A DNA stretch of 63,257 bases, filler included, from Polymyxa betae A26-41 (GCA_003693705.1; 6 parts of 6 records of this genome joined end to end with filler, not necessarily neighbours in it); one strand, 5' to 3'; counted from the whole stretch's first letter, positions 49,402 through 62,800 are shown. Program-made: numbers and translations. The notes: generated from the letters alone by a model not told the origin.

Positions 49402-52340
49402 GGCATCGATGTCATCGTGGGGCGGGATCTGTTACCATCTCTCGGAGTTACCATATCCGGACTTCCGTTACCGCGCAACAACGGGCCAGTCCACGCCGAC
49501 CTCGAAGACGAGAAACCGTCTACGACAAACGACACCCACGAGGAGGCGCACCCCCTCTTACACCATCGACGATTCATGGACGCCGTCCAACGCAATCAGG
49601 CTATCCCCAGAAATTCGTTCTGTAATGTCCCGGACTCCGTGGTATACTTACACACTGGCGACGCACAGCCAGTATTCCGCCGCCAATACCACATTGCAAA
49701 TTCCCTAGAGCCTCTCATTGACGAGCAGATATCGGCCTGGCTTGCTGATGGCAAGATCACGTACGCGCCCAGAGGCTGTCAATGGAATCATCCGCTACTC
49801 GTAGTACTGAAAAAGTCCGCAGACGGCACGAAGGCCCCAGGCAGAGTCTGCATCGACCCGAGAGGTCTCAATCAACTGCTAACCCCGGAAAGTTCCCTAT
49901 GCCTCGTGTCCGTGACGTTTTCGAAGCGATGACCGGCCGCTCTGTCTTTCCAAGTCTCGACCTCGAGCAGAGCTTTCTGCAGCTCCGTATTCATACGGAC
50001 CATCAACAGAAGGTGGCATTTTCTTGGCGTGGTCGACATTATATGTTTGTAGGAGTACCCTTCGGCTTGACGCCGACCTCGGCCGTATTACAGCGTACCA
50101 TGCGCATCCTCTTCGATGGCTGCTCTCACATCATCCCATTCCAAGACGACATAACGATCGGCTCCGATGACGATCAGCATCACCTCGACGACCTCATATC
50201 TGCTCTCGACACCCTAACTGCGGCCAGCCTCAGAGTCCGTCTTTCGAAATGCAGCTTCTTCCAGAAGTCACTACAAGTGCTCGGACATGTCTTATCCAGA
50301 GATGGCGTTGCCATCGACAAACGTAAATTAATCGTTCTGGATCCGCTCTCACGACCCCATACAGGAAAACATATCGAACGCTTTCTCGGATTCGTGAACT
50401 ACTTCCGTGATTTTATTCCGGACTACGCAACTTTGGTCGAAAAACTGCGTCACGTCGCGCAGATATCCGACTCTCAGTGGTCGGCGGAGCCCGCTCTGTC
50501 ATACAATGCGTTTATACGAGTGCTTCATGATGCACCGATGTTATCGCTACCGGACTTTTCCAAAGAGTTCTCCGTGGCCGTGGACGCTTCAGCCACAGGC
50601 CTAGGCGCCGTTTTATACCAACTACGGCACGCAATGCAGCCTGACAACATCGAAAATCGACAGTGGATCGTGTTCGCAGCACGAGCGTTACAGGCGGCAG
50701 AGCGAAATTACTCAGCAACGAAACGTGAACTTCTGGCTGTCGTTTTCGCTCTACGAAGGTTCCATTATTATATATGGGGACAACACTTTCATCTTTATTC
50801 TGACCACCGATCACTTACTTTCATTTTATCTCAGAAGGAGTTGAACCCCATGATGACCACATGGCTCGAAACGATCCTATCATACACTTTCACTATACAT
50901 CACCGTCCCGGAGTTCTCAACATATTACCGGACCACCTGTCCCGGCAATATCCTGTCCAGTATAAGCCAGTCACTGGTCCAACGACAACTCATTCGATCG
51001 ATCTCCCGGACGCTCTGATAGGCACGCCTGCACTCCCGGAGAGCGAACGTCGCACGGCGATGGAGGACGCGCATCTCCAGGGCCATTTTGGTGTCCGTGC
51101 AACGTTGCTCGCCTTGATGAAGTCTGGAAAATGGTGGCCCCGCATGCGCAAAGATGTTGAAGAATATTTGAAAGCCTGCATTTCCTGCCAACGCTATACA
51201 ATTGTTCGGAATGTTTATCATCCACTCTCTCCCATCACGGCGAACGATCCGATGGAACACGTTGCTATCGATACTGCCCTAAGCTTCCCGACAAGCCCCA
51301 GAAGCATGAACGTTCTCCTGGTGGTGGTCTGCGTCTTCTCCCGATTCGTTTTCCTTCGTGCATTGCCGGACAAAACTGCCCAGTCTGTCTGCACCGCGAT
51401 CTTCCATATCTTTACTGATTTCGGTTTTCCCCGGGTCATTCAATCGGACAACGGTACTGAATTTGTCAACAGGCTCCTCAAAATCATGACCGAACAATGC
51501 GGAATTGATCATCGCCTCACGACTCAGTATCATCCTCGCGCCAACGGGCTCGCCGAGCGCAACGTCCAAACCTCGACACGCGCGATAAAAAAGCTACTGG
51601 ATGGGGAGGAGAAAGAATGGGACCGGTACGTACCAGCGGTCCAGCTCTTCATGAACATGAGAATCGCCTCTTCGCACCGAAGTTCCCCGTTTGCGGTAAT
51701 GTTCGCACGCACCCTGAATCAGTTTTGCGGATCTCCTAGCGAAAAGTCCGTGGAACCCGCTACATATGAAGACCTCCGGACCCGCCTCGAATGGGTCCAG
51801 GACATCGTGTTTCCTTCCATCCGCGATCTCAACAGCTCCCACGCCGCATCCGCGATCGAATCGTATGCCCGACGGCATCGCATCTTGAAGAACGACGCGT
51901 TCAAACCGGGTACGCTCGTCATGGTCCGCGATCCGACGCGTTCTTCGAAGTTGCAGCCCGTTTATGAAGGGCCTTTCAAGATCCTATGCCGCACGCGCGG
52001 AGGCTCGTACGAACTCAGCGACTCCGACGGAACGCCTATGGCGCGCGCAGTCGCTCCCAGCATGATGAAAGCTATCATTCCTGACCCCGCTCTCGATCCT
52101 GATTGCTATGTAGTTGATCGTATCCTAGCTCATAAAGGCCCTCCGCACGCTCGCCAGTACTTAGTCCGATGGAAGTCTTTTGGTCCCGAACACGACTCTT
52201 GGGAACCCTTCCGCAATTTCAACGACGTGTCGTGCATCCGCACCTATTGGAACGGTTTTTCTCCAAGGCGCTCTAAACGCATTCTGGGGAAGGGCAATGT
52301 CGTACCCGACATGATCGGAGGCCGCCCCGCCAGCACGTGA
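49402..52340 (+). mobile_element. Ty3/Gypsy chromovirus pol (protease tail, RT, RNase H, integrase, chromodomain) with one frameshift near 49885
   Basis: RVCIDPR, SLDL, VPFGL, FQDD, VDAS, YSATKRELLA, SDHRSL, WWPRM..C..CQ, QSDNGTEF, YHPRANG.AER, YLVRWKSF...DSWEP. Confidence 0.95.
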
Positions 52341-52484
52341 CCTGCCCGTGGTACGGATCGCGTACCCGACCCCAAGACTCACCCTGGCCCTGTTTCTCTT
52401 CTTTTTTCTCATTACTATCTGAATACACCTGGTGACACTTCCGTTCACCTGCGTTCTTTATCTGTTTACTTATAGTACACGTCA
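52298..52484 (+). mobile_element. 3' LTR (187 bp) preceded by a polypurine tract
   Basis: PPT GGGGAAGGGCAA, then TGTCGT...ACGTCA. Confidence 0.75.
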
Positions 52485-53020
52485 TGTTGCTTAACTACGC
52501 TTACCCTCGATCAGCTTTATCTATTTACTCTAAAACTGTAAAGGTCGGCGCTTTTGTTGTTAGACGTTCTGATGCTGCTTTTCAAACCGTGAGTAATTCT
52601 CACACGTGTTTCCTACTGTTCACTGTGCGGAAGCTTGTGTTAGAACTTGAATCAATGAGTTTGTCAGTGTTCGGTTTTCTTATACTTACTGCCGGTTTAC
52701 AGTGGATCCATCCGCAAAGCCGAGTTCGTCGCATAGGAAACCACAAAATTGGCAAGCATAATGAAGCTGACCATCAAGCCATGGCAAGGAAATGCTCTGG
52801 AGCGGAAATGAATAACTGTGCATTGAATCAATTGATGTGTTAATAGAACTGGTAAAGCTATTTTTGACATCGATTCAGTGTTCTTAGGAAGAGTTGGTTA
52901 AAATCCATTCAATGTGGTCACGAGATTAAGTATTACATATGTTCATTACCTTGTGCAAGTCAAACGATTTTTATTCTCTCGATCATTCTCAACATTTCGG
53001 ACTGACACGAACCACCGAAA
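52485..53020. repeat. Local duplication; paralogous to 55188-55480
   Basis: Shared blocks TGTTGCTTAACTAC.CTTACCCTCGATCAGCTTTA, CTGATGCTGCTTTTCAAACCGTGAGTAA and CTCGATCATTCTCAA..CTGACACGAACCACC. Confidence 0.85.
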
Positions 53021-56000
53021 ACAACGACTGCTGCTAAAGCAATCACCTTGTCGTTATAACTTATTAGGCACAAAGTCCCATCCAACTTGATCGAAAAATT
53101 TGAGCGACAGCTGGGACGCAGAGTAGCAGAGTGAGTGAGAATGCGGCCTTCTTTTTAGGTTTTTCTCTGTTGAATAATTGTCCTGCTTCATCCTGGCATC
53201 GGTCTGTCAATCTGTCGTCAGAAGCTTGGATTCTGATGCCCCTAACGTTTTGCGGTTGGCTGTCATCAGTCACTTTATGAGCCTCGACGTTCGATTTTCA
53301 GGAAAGGCGCACCTCTGATTGGAAGCTCGTCGACGAGTAAGAGGATTCACTTTCAATTCCTTCATTCTTTTCCATTACTTTGAAAAACGTAGTGCAACTT
53401 TTTATTTATCTGCATATGACGAAGCCACGAATCGGCTGCCAAATCATGTTTGGTGATTGCCGCAAAAATGCAATATCAATGATCCAGGTAATCAATCTGA
53501 TCTGGTAAGCCGCAAAGAACTTTAAAGTTGATTAAAATGTAGGGAGTAGGGTCATATGTCCAGTGGCTCTCCTTCCAGAATTATTTCTGACCAAGCAACT
53601 ATCGCTAGCACATGTCCTGGTTCGTTTTTTCATCATCCAAGATATCTGATACAAACAGTACACGTTTTGTGCTGTCTTTGCAATTTTTCTGTTGAATTTG
53701 TAGGCGATTAGCGCATTCTGAATTAGTAGCTGTGTATTTTATATCTTTCAAGTTAACTGTTTGGTAAACACATTCTCCTCCTCGGCGTTATTTCTTCAGC
53801 GTCGTTGAATCGGCTCAATTCCTGACACTGGGGCTTCGAAGTTCCGAATATAGTTCAGATAAGCGTGCGATGCTAGCAAAAGTTTAAGGGATGTTTTCGA
53901 TTTTTTTTCTGCTATTCGGAATCTCTGCATATTCGTAAATATATTGTCATCCGATTATGTATTAGCTTGTCTGGTCAGGATATATCTACATCTCAATCTA
54001 TCATTAGTGGTAGGGAGACTGTCGGTAAGGTCGTGCTTTCTAATTCGAAATGTCGTTCATAGATCTATTAGGCTGTTTCAGAAACTATTGGAAGGCTCGG
54101 TCCCAAAATTTATCGTATCCATTGCGAATATCAATCCTTTTCTTTAACTTTCAATTTATGAGCCACCAACTGCTGATAGCTTTGCTTCTAGTCCAGCAAT
54201 AACAATTCTGTTCTTTTGCATTGAAGATGGGGTCTTCGCTTTGCTTTGCACTTTTTCCGCCATTTCTGATATTACTGTCTGTGGTCACCACTTTCGAGCC
54301 TGCCTGTCTACAGAAGGGCGCCAGTGATGTAAATTGACAAAAAATTTCGAACCATACCAGAGGGGGATCTGGTCCACTCAAAAATCTGTTTGTTGCAAAT
54401 TCAGGACACATGATCTGAATACATCGTTACGACGAGCAATGCTAAGTTCTTTGGGTTTGTACGATTCCCGGCATGGTTGTCTACTGTGATTTATAATAAC
54501 TTATCATTAGATGGGTTCGGGAAAATGTGACAACCAGACGAAGATTCGGCCGGTGTATCTAAAGAAAAGGTCGATTGTTGCTGCCAATTTGGAGTGACGT
54601 TAGCCTAAAAGTTTGTGGCGACATAGAATCTACATCAAATCATGGAGCCATGACGCGCCATTTCCTAACCATTTCTCTGTTGTTCTTGAGAAGTTGACTG
54701 GTTCTGGGAAGGTTCAGTACGGTTCTGCTGAGCCATGTTCACAGTCGCGGAATCCGGACTTTGATCGTCCGCTGAACCGTTCGCGTTGCCTCTTGCATGA
54801 GATGATGCAGAACGAGTGTTCGCCATCCAACTACTCAGAACTCAGGAGTCAACGATGAGTGGTCAAAACCAAAGTGAGTTTAGTAATCAAGATCATCAGG
54901 TACTCCAGGGCCGGTCACGTGCTCGCCCCGCACGCGACCGCCGGCATCTTGTTGAGGCCCGTCAGTGGGAGGTCGCACGCGCCCCACCATCTTCAACAGT
55001 TCTTGCGACACTTTTGTCTGTTTTGATATCGGCTGTCATGATTCCAATAACGTCAGTAATGGCTCATGTTCAGAACTGTTCTGCATCCAGCAACGGTAGC
55101 ACCCTGGAAGCTGTTTCAATTTACAACATCACTTTCTGAACAAGAGCCTCTGAAATTATTCATCTCGAGCTGAGCTTTTCATCTGTGTGTTGCTTAACTA
55201 CTCTTACCCTCGATCAGCTTTAGGTCAGCGCTTTGTTGTTAAACGATCTGATGCTGCTTTTCAAACCGTGAGTAAATAATCTGTTTGTTTCTGTGAGAAA
55301 GCTTGTTTTTGAAGCAATTTTGACATCGATTCCCTGTTATTAGGAAAGAGTTGGTTGCAATCCATTCAAGATGGTCACGAGACCAAGTATTACATATTTT
55401 CATTAACTTGTGCAAGACGCAAACTATTCCTGTACTCTCGATCATTCTCAAATTTCTGACTGACACGAACCACCAGAAAGCTGATGAATTGAGAAGGCCT
55501 AATCGACAGATGATGACAAGCAGCGACTGAGACATTCCATAATCTCAATGTGGGTAGATTGTCAGTGGGAATCTGAAAGACAGCCTGAAATATGAACATG
55601 GAAAGATGAATCACGAAGGCCTCGTTTATTCACGCTCATGAAAACAGTTAAAACCGGGCATCCAGATAAAGATTCAACAACAAATGCTGGGCAGTTGTCG
55701 GTTGATTCGAATCTTGTTTGACATATCATGAAAGCCTTCAATCGATCACGTCTGATTCTTATCAAATTAAACTTCACTGTTGCAAATGCTTGCAGTTGTC
55801 TGGATTGCTGGGATTCTCATGGTGTCTTTTGGTGTGAGCCGCCGAGATTACGTTCCGCGTTGCTAACGTCAAGACACTAACAGCAGATGCCTTTAGCTTG
55901 GTTCGCGATGACGGCGCTGTAAGTGGTGATGATATCGTTATTCACGTTAGTCGGAGCACTTGTGGTATGCTGCGGGTTAGCTTGGAATCTTGATGTTGAC

Positions 56001-57028
56001 AAAACAGTACGATCACGTGCCAATTCTATCAAAACTATCAGTTTTCATCAGCGCCTGCCCTTTTTTCTCGTCCTATCTACAAAAAAAAATCCTTTATGTT
56101 TGTTACGCCTCATTCCTGGCAAGTCGTCCAACAGTAGGTCCCCTTCAACACTTTACATGTGAGGCTTCTTCAATCAAGCGCCGACAGGGTCCTGTCCATG
56201 ATAAATTCCAGGCTTACCAATCATCATTCTGCAAAAATCTTCAGTCACGAGATTCTTGTGAAAGGCAAAGACATATTTTGGAGTTCTCCACTCCTACCTA
56301 TATTTACTCTGAGCTTTCTAGAACTTCGTCCTTTGCAATTAAAATCAACACGCCATGCCAGCAATCCCCACATTTTGTTGAAGTCCCGTTGTTCTGCAGT
56401 GATTTTCGAATGAGTTTAAGTGAATTGTCATTTATGGCTGTAATAAATGTCAAGTCGCCGCAGCAAACGACATCTGTCATTTTCCAATAAATCGGTCAGA
56501 AAGAGCCGAGTTTACGATTCCTGATAAAATTTGTATATCGGTACCATCAACATCAGTTTTGTAAGACCAAATCAAGTTTTGGATGTGGTTCGCCCTCGTC
56601 CATAATCTACCACCTCTATGCTAATTAACGTATAGTCATGGGTAAATATACATATATGCACCAATTGAATACACTCGTTTAATGACCAAGCATTATCAGA
56701 AATGGATCTTGCCGTTGTAAAGGCCTTCCCCTTTATTCGGATCAAGCACTTATATGTTGTTTCATTTAATTGGCACCCTTTAAAGAATCCATGGATCCGC
56801 TCGTCTGAGTACAGTATCGACGCTAGATATCGCGCCATCACTACCCTTGTCTCGACGTATTCGTGCAACTCAGAGCGTTTGGCATTGATGAAAGCACTGA
56901 GAAATGACCATCGGCAAGAACATCGGTCAGATGAACTACGGTGAAGAAGTCAAATGAAGATAGCAACCCATAATGTGATATGTGGTTGGAGCCAAATGGT
57001 ATGAGAGTCGTATATTGCATTGATATAA

Positions 57029-58393
57029 TCACATTGAAGGAAGCTGAGCTTGAAATGTTTCAAGTTGCTTGACGAGCTCAACTCTCATATCGATATCACG
57101 TTGGAACTGATGAATCTCTTTTTTAAAATCATCTTCATACTGCTTGTTGGTAGATTTGAACGCGTCGATCTTCTCATTCATCATGGAAGCGATCTTGGTC
57201 CGTTCGCCGAATCGAACTAGAGGCTGTTGTATGATGGTACATTTCTCGACAAACTTGTCATATTGCTCTTTAGTATCTTGATAGTGTTCCATATCGAACA
57301 TTCGATTGGCCAGTACGGCCCGATTAGCACCGGATTTGATCCAGTTCAGAGTCCAGAGTGAATCGGTATTATCAGTTTGACGTGAGCGGGGTTCTGTAGG
57401 GCTCCTGAGCTGCAATTCTTCAATATTAGGCATTGGATGCCTGTCAATCAGCGCAGAACTTGTACATTTTAGTATGGCACCAGAGAATGTAGTTCGTAGC
57501 CCATCATGGTCTAGATGGGTCTTGACTAGATTGATCTTGGACTGATCACACTTTAATATGGCGTTCTCCATCAACAACTGATAATCGATCAAGATGCGAC
57601 GTTGTCGAATCTGATCCAGGGCCTTGTGAGATAGGACATTAGCTGAATCTAAGTTCATTCGTAGAGAGGACACTAGACGTCCCACACATTCATGACTAGA
57701 AGTTGCTATGACTTTGTCAATCTTAAACATGTCACCGAGTTTGTCTTGGACTTGACCAACTCGCTGATTCAGTGTCAATGCATCGACTGTATCGACCTTG
57801 TTGAAGACCAGCTTGATCGTAGAATGATTGATAGGGGCATAGATCGCATATTGAGATCGTAGATCATCAATATAGGCATATAGCTTATCCAGGTAATCAT
57901 CATTGATCGCTTGTGTATCAATAATGACATAGATCAACTTGAGATTTAGTCCTTGAGTATCGATATACGATAGAGCTGCAGCAATATGATCGTCTTGTCT
58001 CGAATCTGGATCCCGATCCTCCATATTGTTGACATTGACAACATGCAGGCTAGACTCTCCTTCATTATACTTGATTGTATCGTAAACGACGAAGTCTCTC
58101 TCGGCATTAGATCGTGTCACATCCATACGATGTAGCTTGGCCAGAAGAAGATTCTTGCCAGCATGCGGCATTGCATGGAATATAACAGCGGCACCAGGTT
58201 CAGCTTTAACATTACTGAGAGTGAGATCCTCATTTTTGAAGTGCATTGAATCCCCTGAATACAGATGAGGATGTGATGACTCGTTCATTGTACGAGCTGT
58301 TCCGATGAGCTCTCGTACAGAAGATCCATCACGAATCTTGGCCGAATATATCACATCGGCAATGGATAGGAATCCTATCAACAGATACCACAT
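57029..58393 (-). CDS. Intronless predicted secreted protein with a degenerate P-loop GTPase domain and coiled-coil C-terminus (454 aa)
   Basis: First ATG at 58393 gives hydrophobic MWYLLIGFLSIADVIYS. G-motif-like elements in order: AMPHAGKN, VYDTIKY, LVFNKVD, IATSS. Confidence 0.75.
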   Translation of the reverse strand: MWYLLIGFLSIADVIYSAKIRDGSSVRELIGTARTMNESSHPHLYSGDSMHFKNEDLTLSNVKAEPGAAVIFHAMPHAGKNLLLAKLHRMDVTRSNAERDFVVYDTIKYNEGESSLHVVNVNNMEDRDPDSRQDDHIAAALSYIDTQGLNLKLIYVIIDTQAINDDYLDKLYAYIDDLRSQYAIYAPINHSTIKLVFNKVDTVDALTLNQRVGQVQDKLGDMFKIDKVIATSSHECVGRLVSSLRMNLDSANVLSHKALDQIRQRRILIDYQLLMENAILKCDQSKINLVKTHLDHDGLRTTFSGAILKCTSSALIDRHPMPNIEELQLRSPTEPRSRQTDNTDSLWTLNWIKSGANRAVLANRMFDMEHYQDTKEQYDKFVEKCTIIQQPLVRFGERTKIASMMNEKIDAFKSTNKQYEDDFKKEIHQFQRDIDMRVELVKQLETFQAQLPSM

Positions 58394-59043
58394 TAAGACT
58401 AACAACGCTGTCAAACCAGAGCCAGAACAGAATCAGATCAGATCGAGATGGGAGCAAATGGACTGGTTTAACTTGCGGACTCCGCAAAATGACCGATCGG
58501 AAAGGCTCCCAAGTCCCAACGAGATGACGACGCTCGCTTTTATTTGTGAGATTCTCAGGACGCCCGATATCGCTTTGATGGATTTAAACAATTTGGTATC
58601 CGAGGAGATTGAGCAGCAGTATTACATTTTCTACTACCTACCAGAGTGAAAAGAAAGTGTGCCTGTCAGCTTTGTTTCAGGGTTGTTGTACAGGTATTTG
58701 ATCTGATAATACACCAATTTCAGCTCCAGGACATCTTATTGTGTGGCTCTCAAGGTAGTAATAGGCTTAATGTAGCCGTAGGTTTGTACCAGTAACAAAT
58801 GACAAAAAACCATATATGTACTACCCGTTGCGAGCTTTCCTCAGCAGGCCTTGGAAAGATTCCTTCTCTTAGACGCTTTCAGAATGAACCGCTCTCGGGA
58901 GTGATCGTACGTTAGATTTGAGAAACAGTCCTCCACCAAAAGCCACAATTTGACTTTACTAATCGTATCGGGAAGTGCTGTCGAAAGATTGTTGTTGTGA
59001 TTGATTGGAGACAGCAAAGAGAGCATGAATGTATTTGCTTGAA

Positions 59044-59895
59044 TTACAGTTTATACAGGTCTACTAACATCTCCTGCAGATGAATCAGCAAATCTTGATC
59101 TCTTTTAATATCGCATTCAACGGCATGTTTGGCAATGATAGAACTGTAACGGGCCATACGGCCAGATTCCATCTGTAAATTGATGAGAACCCGATCCGCT
59201 CGATTCTTCCATAGATCATGTTCAGTTAAATCAACGCGATCTTGCAAATGCAAGATCTCTTGCCGAAGCTCCTCATCTTTAACACAAAATTCGCCGAACC
59301 TTTTCAGCTTGCCGGCCCAGTATTGTAAACGTTCTTTGGGGACCGTACTTTTGCCATTTGATTCATGTTTAGCTATCCAGTTCTTGGCATCGTTCAATAT
59401 TGAATTGAACTGTAGACTTTCACGAAGGTTAGGCTTGTCAAGAGCCATTCGTGGCAATTCGAACTTCAACTGTCCTTCTTGATTGGCGCTTCCAAATCTC
59501 TCTTGTTGATTTGCGCATTCTTCACATTCAATCTCAAATTTTCCTCTTTCGTCATTCAACGCTTCGATCGCGTTTTTGACCGTTGTAAGATTGGTTTTTG
59601 TCAGAATCCGTTCATGTTTCTTGATCGATTCAATGATGTCGACTTCTGCCTTGATCAGGACGCTGAAAGACGAGTCCAATTTATCTATTTCTTCATCAAT
59701 GGCAGTATTCTCTTTCCGTTGATTGTCAATTCGGTTATTGACTTCTGTGATAGTTTGGTGGAGGCGAGCGATAAGTTCGGATGCATCATTGATGAGAAAG
59801 AATTGTGGCAGAATCTCGGACCCATTTGGTGTGATCTTATCGCCTCGAATAGATTGTATAGACAAGATAGAGAAGAGCAGTAACAAGAGGGACAT
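59044..59895 (-). CDS. Intronless predicted secreted coiled-coil protein (283 aa)
   Basis: Signal peptide MSLLLLLFSILSIQSIRG; long heptad-rich helical body; no TM segment or ER-retention motif. Confidence 0.75.
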   Translation of the reverse strand: MSLLLLLFSILSIQSIRGDKITPNGSEILPQFFLINDASELIARLHQTITEVNNRIDNQRKENTAIDEEIDKLDSSFSVLIKAEVDIIESIKKHERILTKTNLTTVKNAIEALNDERGKFEIECEECANQQERFGSANQEGQLKFELPRMALDKPNLRESLQFNSILNDAKNWIAKHESNGKSTVPKERLQYWAGKLKRFGEFCVKDEELRQEILHLQDRVDLTEHDLWKNRADRVLINLQMESGRMARYSSIIAKHAVECDIKRDQDLLIHLQEMLVDLYKL

Positions 59896-62800
59896 GATGA
59901 CCGATGAGAATGTCTAATGGGGTCAATGCTGCCTGGCGGGCCTCCGTACGGGGTATATGATATATCAGTCACTCATTCTTGTAAAATAGTATCAGGAAGG
60001 ACTAACGATCATGATTCACCAGCTAACTTGCATCAGCGCAATTCTTTATAGCTGATCGTTCTGTTCAAATTGAGATCAGAACTTGTGATTCCGCCACCGA
60101 CCCATGACTAACCGGTTTATCACAATTACAATCTTCGTCCTTCTTTATCTGTGTTTTCAGTTTGCGTCAAAGTTTGAATCTCCTCTAGCGAACATGGCTC
60201 AACACTTATGATAACGAGACTAATTCGGATTACCGCTGAGTTTACTAGATACAGCAGTCTGGGTAGAAGCGCGATGCCAAGTTTAGGTTCCAAATCTACA
60301 CAGCGCACAGAATCAAGATAAAAAGAAAATCTGGGAAAAGATTACGTGAACCTGAATCAATTTCTGTCAAAGTTGAAAGAGCGTTGGACTCATTAATGGA
60401 GCACGAAGTGGCATTCGTATCAGTGGTTACAGATTTGGTAAATAAACTTGGAGAATGTTGGATCAGCTTAGATAAGATCTATTCGGTAGGTTTGTGACGC
60501 TCTAAAAAGCATTAAATATTGATTTTAAGAGTGTAAAGAGCAGTAAAGAGTATATAGGCTCTAACATCCTCTCAGTAACAAGGTCGGCAGTTCTCCCGAC
60601 CACCCTAAACATGCGGCCGGCCGTGCTGCCTTAATCCCGAGCGGGCTCCGCCACGTCGCGGTCGCCCTCCATCATCTTGGAGATTTTTTAAGTCTTTGGT
60701 GCACAAACCTCGAAATGTAATGCTCTATTTATCAGATAACCGAATGTGGAAGGCTCTTTGAAAACTTTCAAGATGTATTTCTAAGGCAGTATCTTCCTAT
60801 GACAGAATATCNNNNNNNNNNNNNNNNNNNNNNNNNNNNNNNNNNNNNNNNNNNNTTAATTAATTAANNNNNNNNNNNNNNNNNNNNNNNNNNNNNNNNN
60901 NNNNNNNNNNNTTAGCTCAGTAGCCATTGCAAAGTTGACTTCGAGAAAAAAGCGCAGCTAAAAGACTCAAAAAATGGGTCGTCTCCAGAACTGTGCCACA
61001 AGCTGAATTTTTCGATGGTTAGCATATTCAACCTGGTTAGTCAGCGTCCACGTTATACAAGAAACTCAGGACAAAACACCCAATGATTACAATATATCAA
61101 TTTCGGACATTCATCATGGTTCAAGAAAACTATAATCATGGTGACCCGAGAAACAGAGAGCTAAACAGTGGCTTATGGGGGAATTTGCTATGCGAAACGC
61201 AGCCAGATATCGCTTGGATTTTCTTGATAATTCCACGGTTTTAAAAACTGGAACGGAGTGCAAGGCTTTGCGAGCAGGCAGAACATTGCGATTGACGGGA
61301 AGTCGGCGTGTAAGCTGTCAGGCCGCCATAGAGGACCGAATGTCAACGAAGTTGAGGCTTTGCAGGAGCAACTGCCGAATAGCTCAGCACTCTCGACTGT
61401 ATTACAATTCACATCTCATAGCAAGAGCAAGGATTCTCCCGTCCTTCCACAATATCTTCGAGTTACTTTCGCCTTTTCTCAAGCTCGCTTTGAGGATTCT
61501 ACGATTTTGAAGTTTTCTCACACGCCATTGATTACGCTCAGAGCTAACAGCTTTGGTATTCAGATGTTGTCAAAGAGACCTAGTCACAATGAATTGATCT
61601 TCGGCGGTTAGATGATCTCGAATACCATCAAATGCAAGTCCTGAATAATAGCTCAAGGATGACAAAGTTTATATGGTGGCATCACTTCCGTGTAGAACAG
61701 TCCATTATTTATGTCTCACAACTGAGGCCAGGTAGTGATCTCTCCATCGGCTGGCTGGCAGAGCAGACAGTGCTGGAAAGTCCGCGCGAATTTGTCTGTA
61801 TAAAATGGAGCGAGCGCGAACATAAACGATTTTCGATCGAAGTTGGCGGGCTGGTTGTCCAGTCGCGCCGGCGTCTTCAGGAACGAGATCGCGGACTGTT
61901 CGGGGACCTTCATGCGTAGCGCAATCAGACCCCCGAACACGCATTTCACCCAGCTCGGCAACTCCTTCTTCGGTATAGGCGTGGTCGCGAGCCAGCGTGG
62001 CCTGCCGGAGATTCTCCAGCAGCTCCTCCTGTTCCGGAATCAGGATGGGAACCCGGTCCGGTAGTGCGGCATTGGCCGCCCTGACCCGCTCGAGCTTTCT
62101 CGAGCGGCACTGTACCACTGTCGAAGCGATCCGGATCGAGAGGCAGAGCGCGCTCTCTTCTGCTGCGCGACGGTGCTATCGGCGACTAAAACCATCTGTT
62201 TTGAATTCAGCATGACATATTTTGTAGAGTATATCATATCGTTAAAATACCATTTTAAACTGATCTGGAACGGTTTTATAGTTCCATATCTTGATTTCGG
62301 GGATGGTATAGTCCGGGTGTAACATTCGGCCTTCCCTGCTTAGCAGGTGCCGCATCAACTTTTGCATCTCTGGGGATTGGCGGCCTTCGCAGCCGCAAAC
62401 ATAGACGATGCTGGTCAATCGACCCATAGTGATTCTGGAGGAGTCGATGTGTGATATGATGTGGATAGTTGCCGTGGCTCACGGAACGCCGCCCCTACCC
62501 ATAACAGTGCATGACAATAATCCCGTGTTACCAAGCTTTCTTTTTTTGAATTTAAAAATTACAATTTTTTATTGTATTTGTTTCCGTGTAGTTTTAAAAG
62601 GAATTCAAGCGCATCCTAAACCGGAAATATAACAGAGCTGGTTTTTTAATGAATGGTTAATATGCTCTCTATATAGTTTCGAATGTGATATCGTCGTCTC
62701 TCTACGCTTTCCCAGTAACAGAGATAGCTGACTATTTGTCTGGATCGTTAATTGACAAAGATTGAGCGCAGGGCTTGCTCTAGAGTGGATGTCCGCAAGA

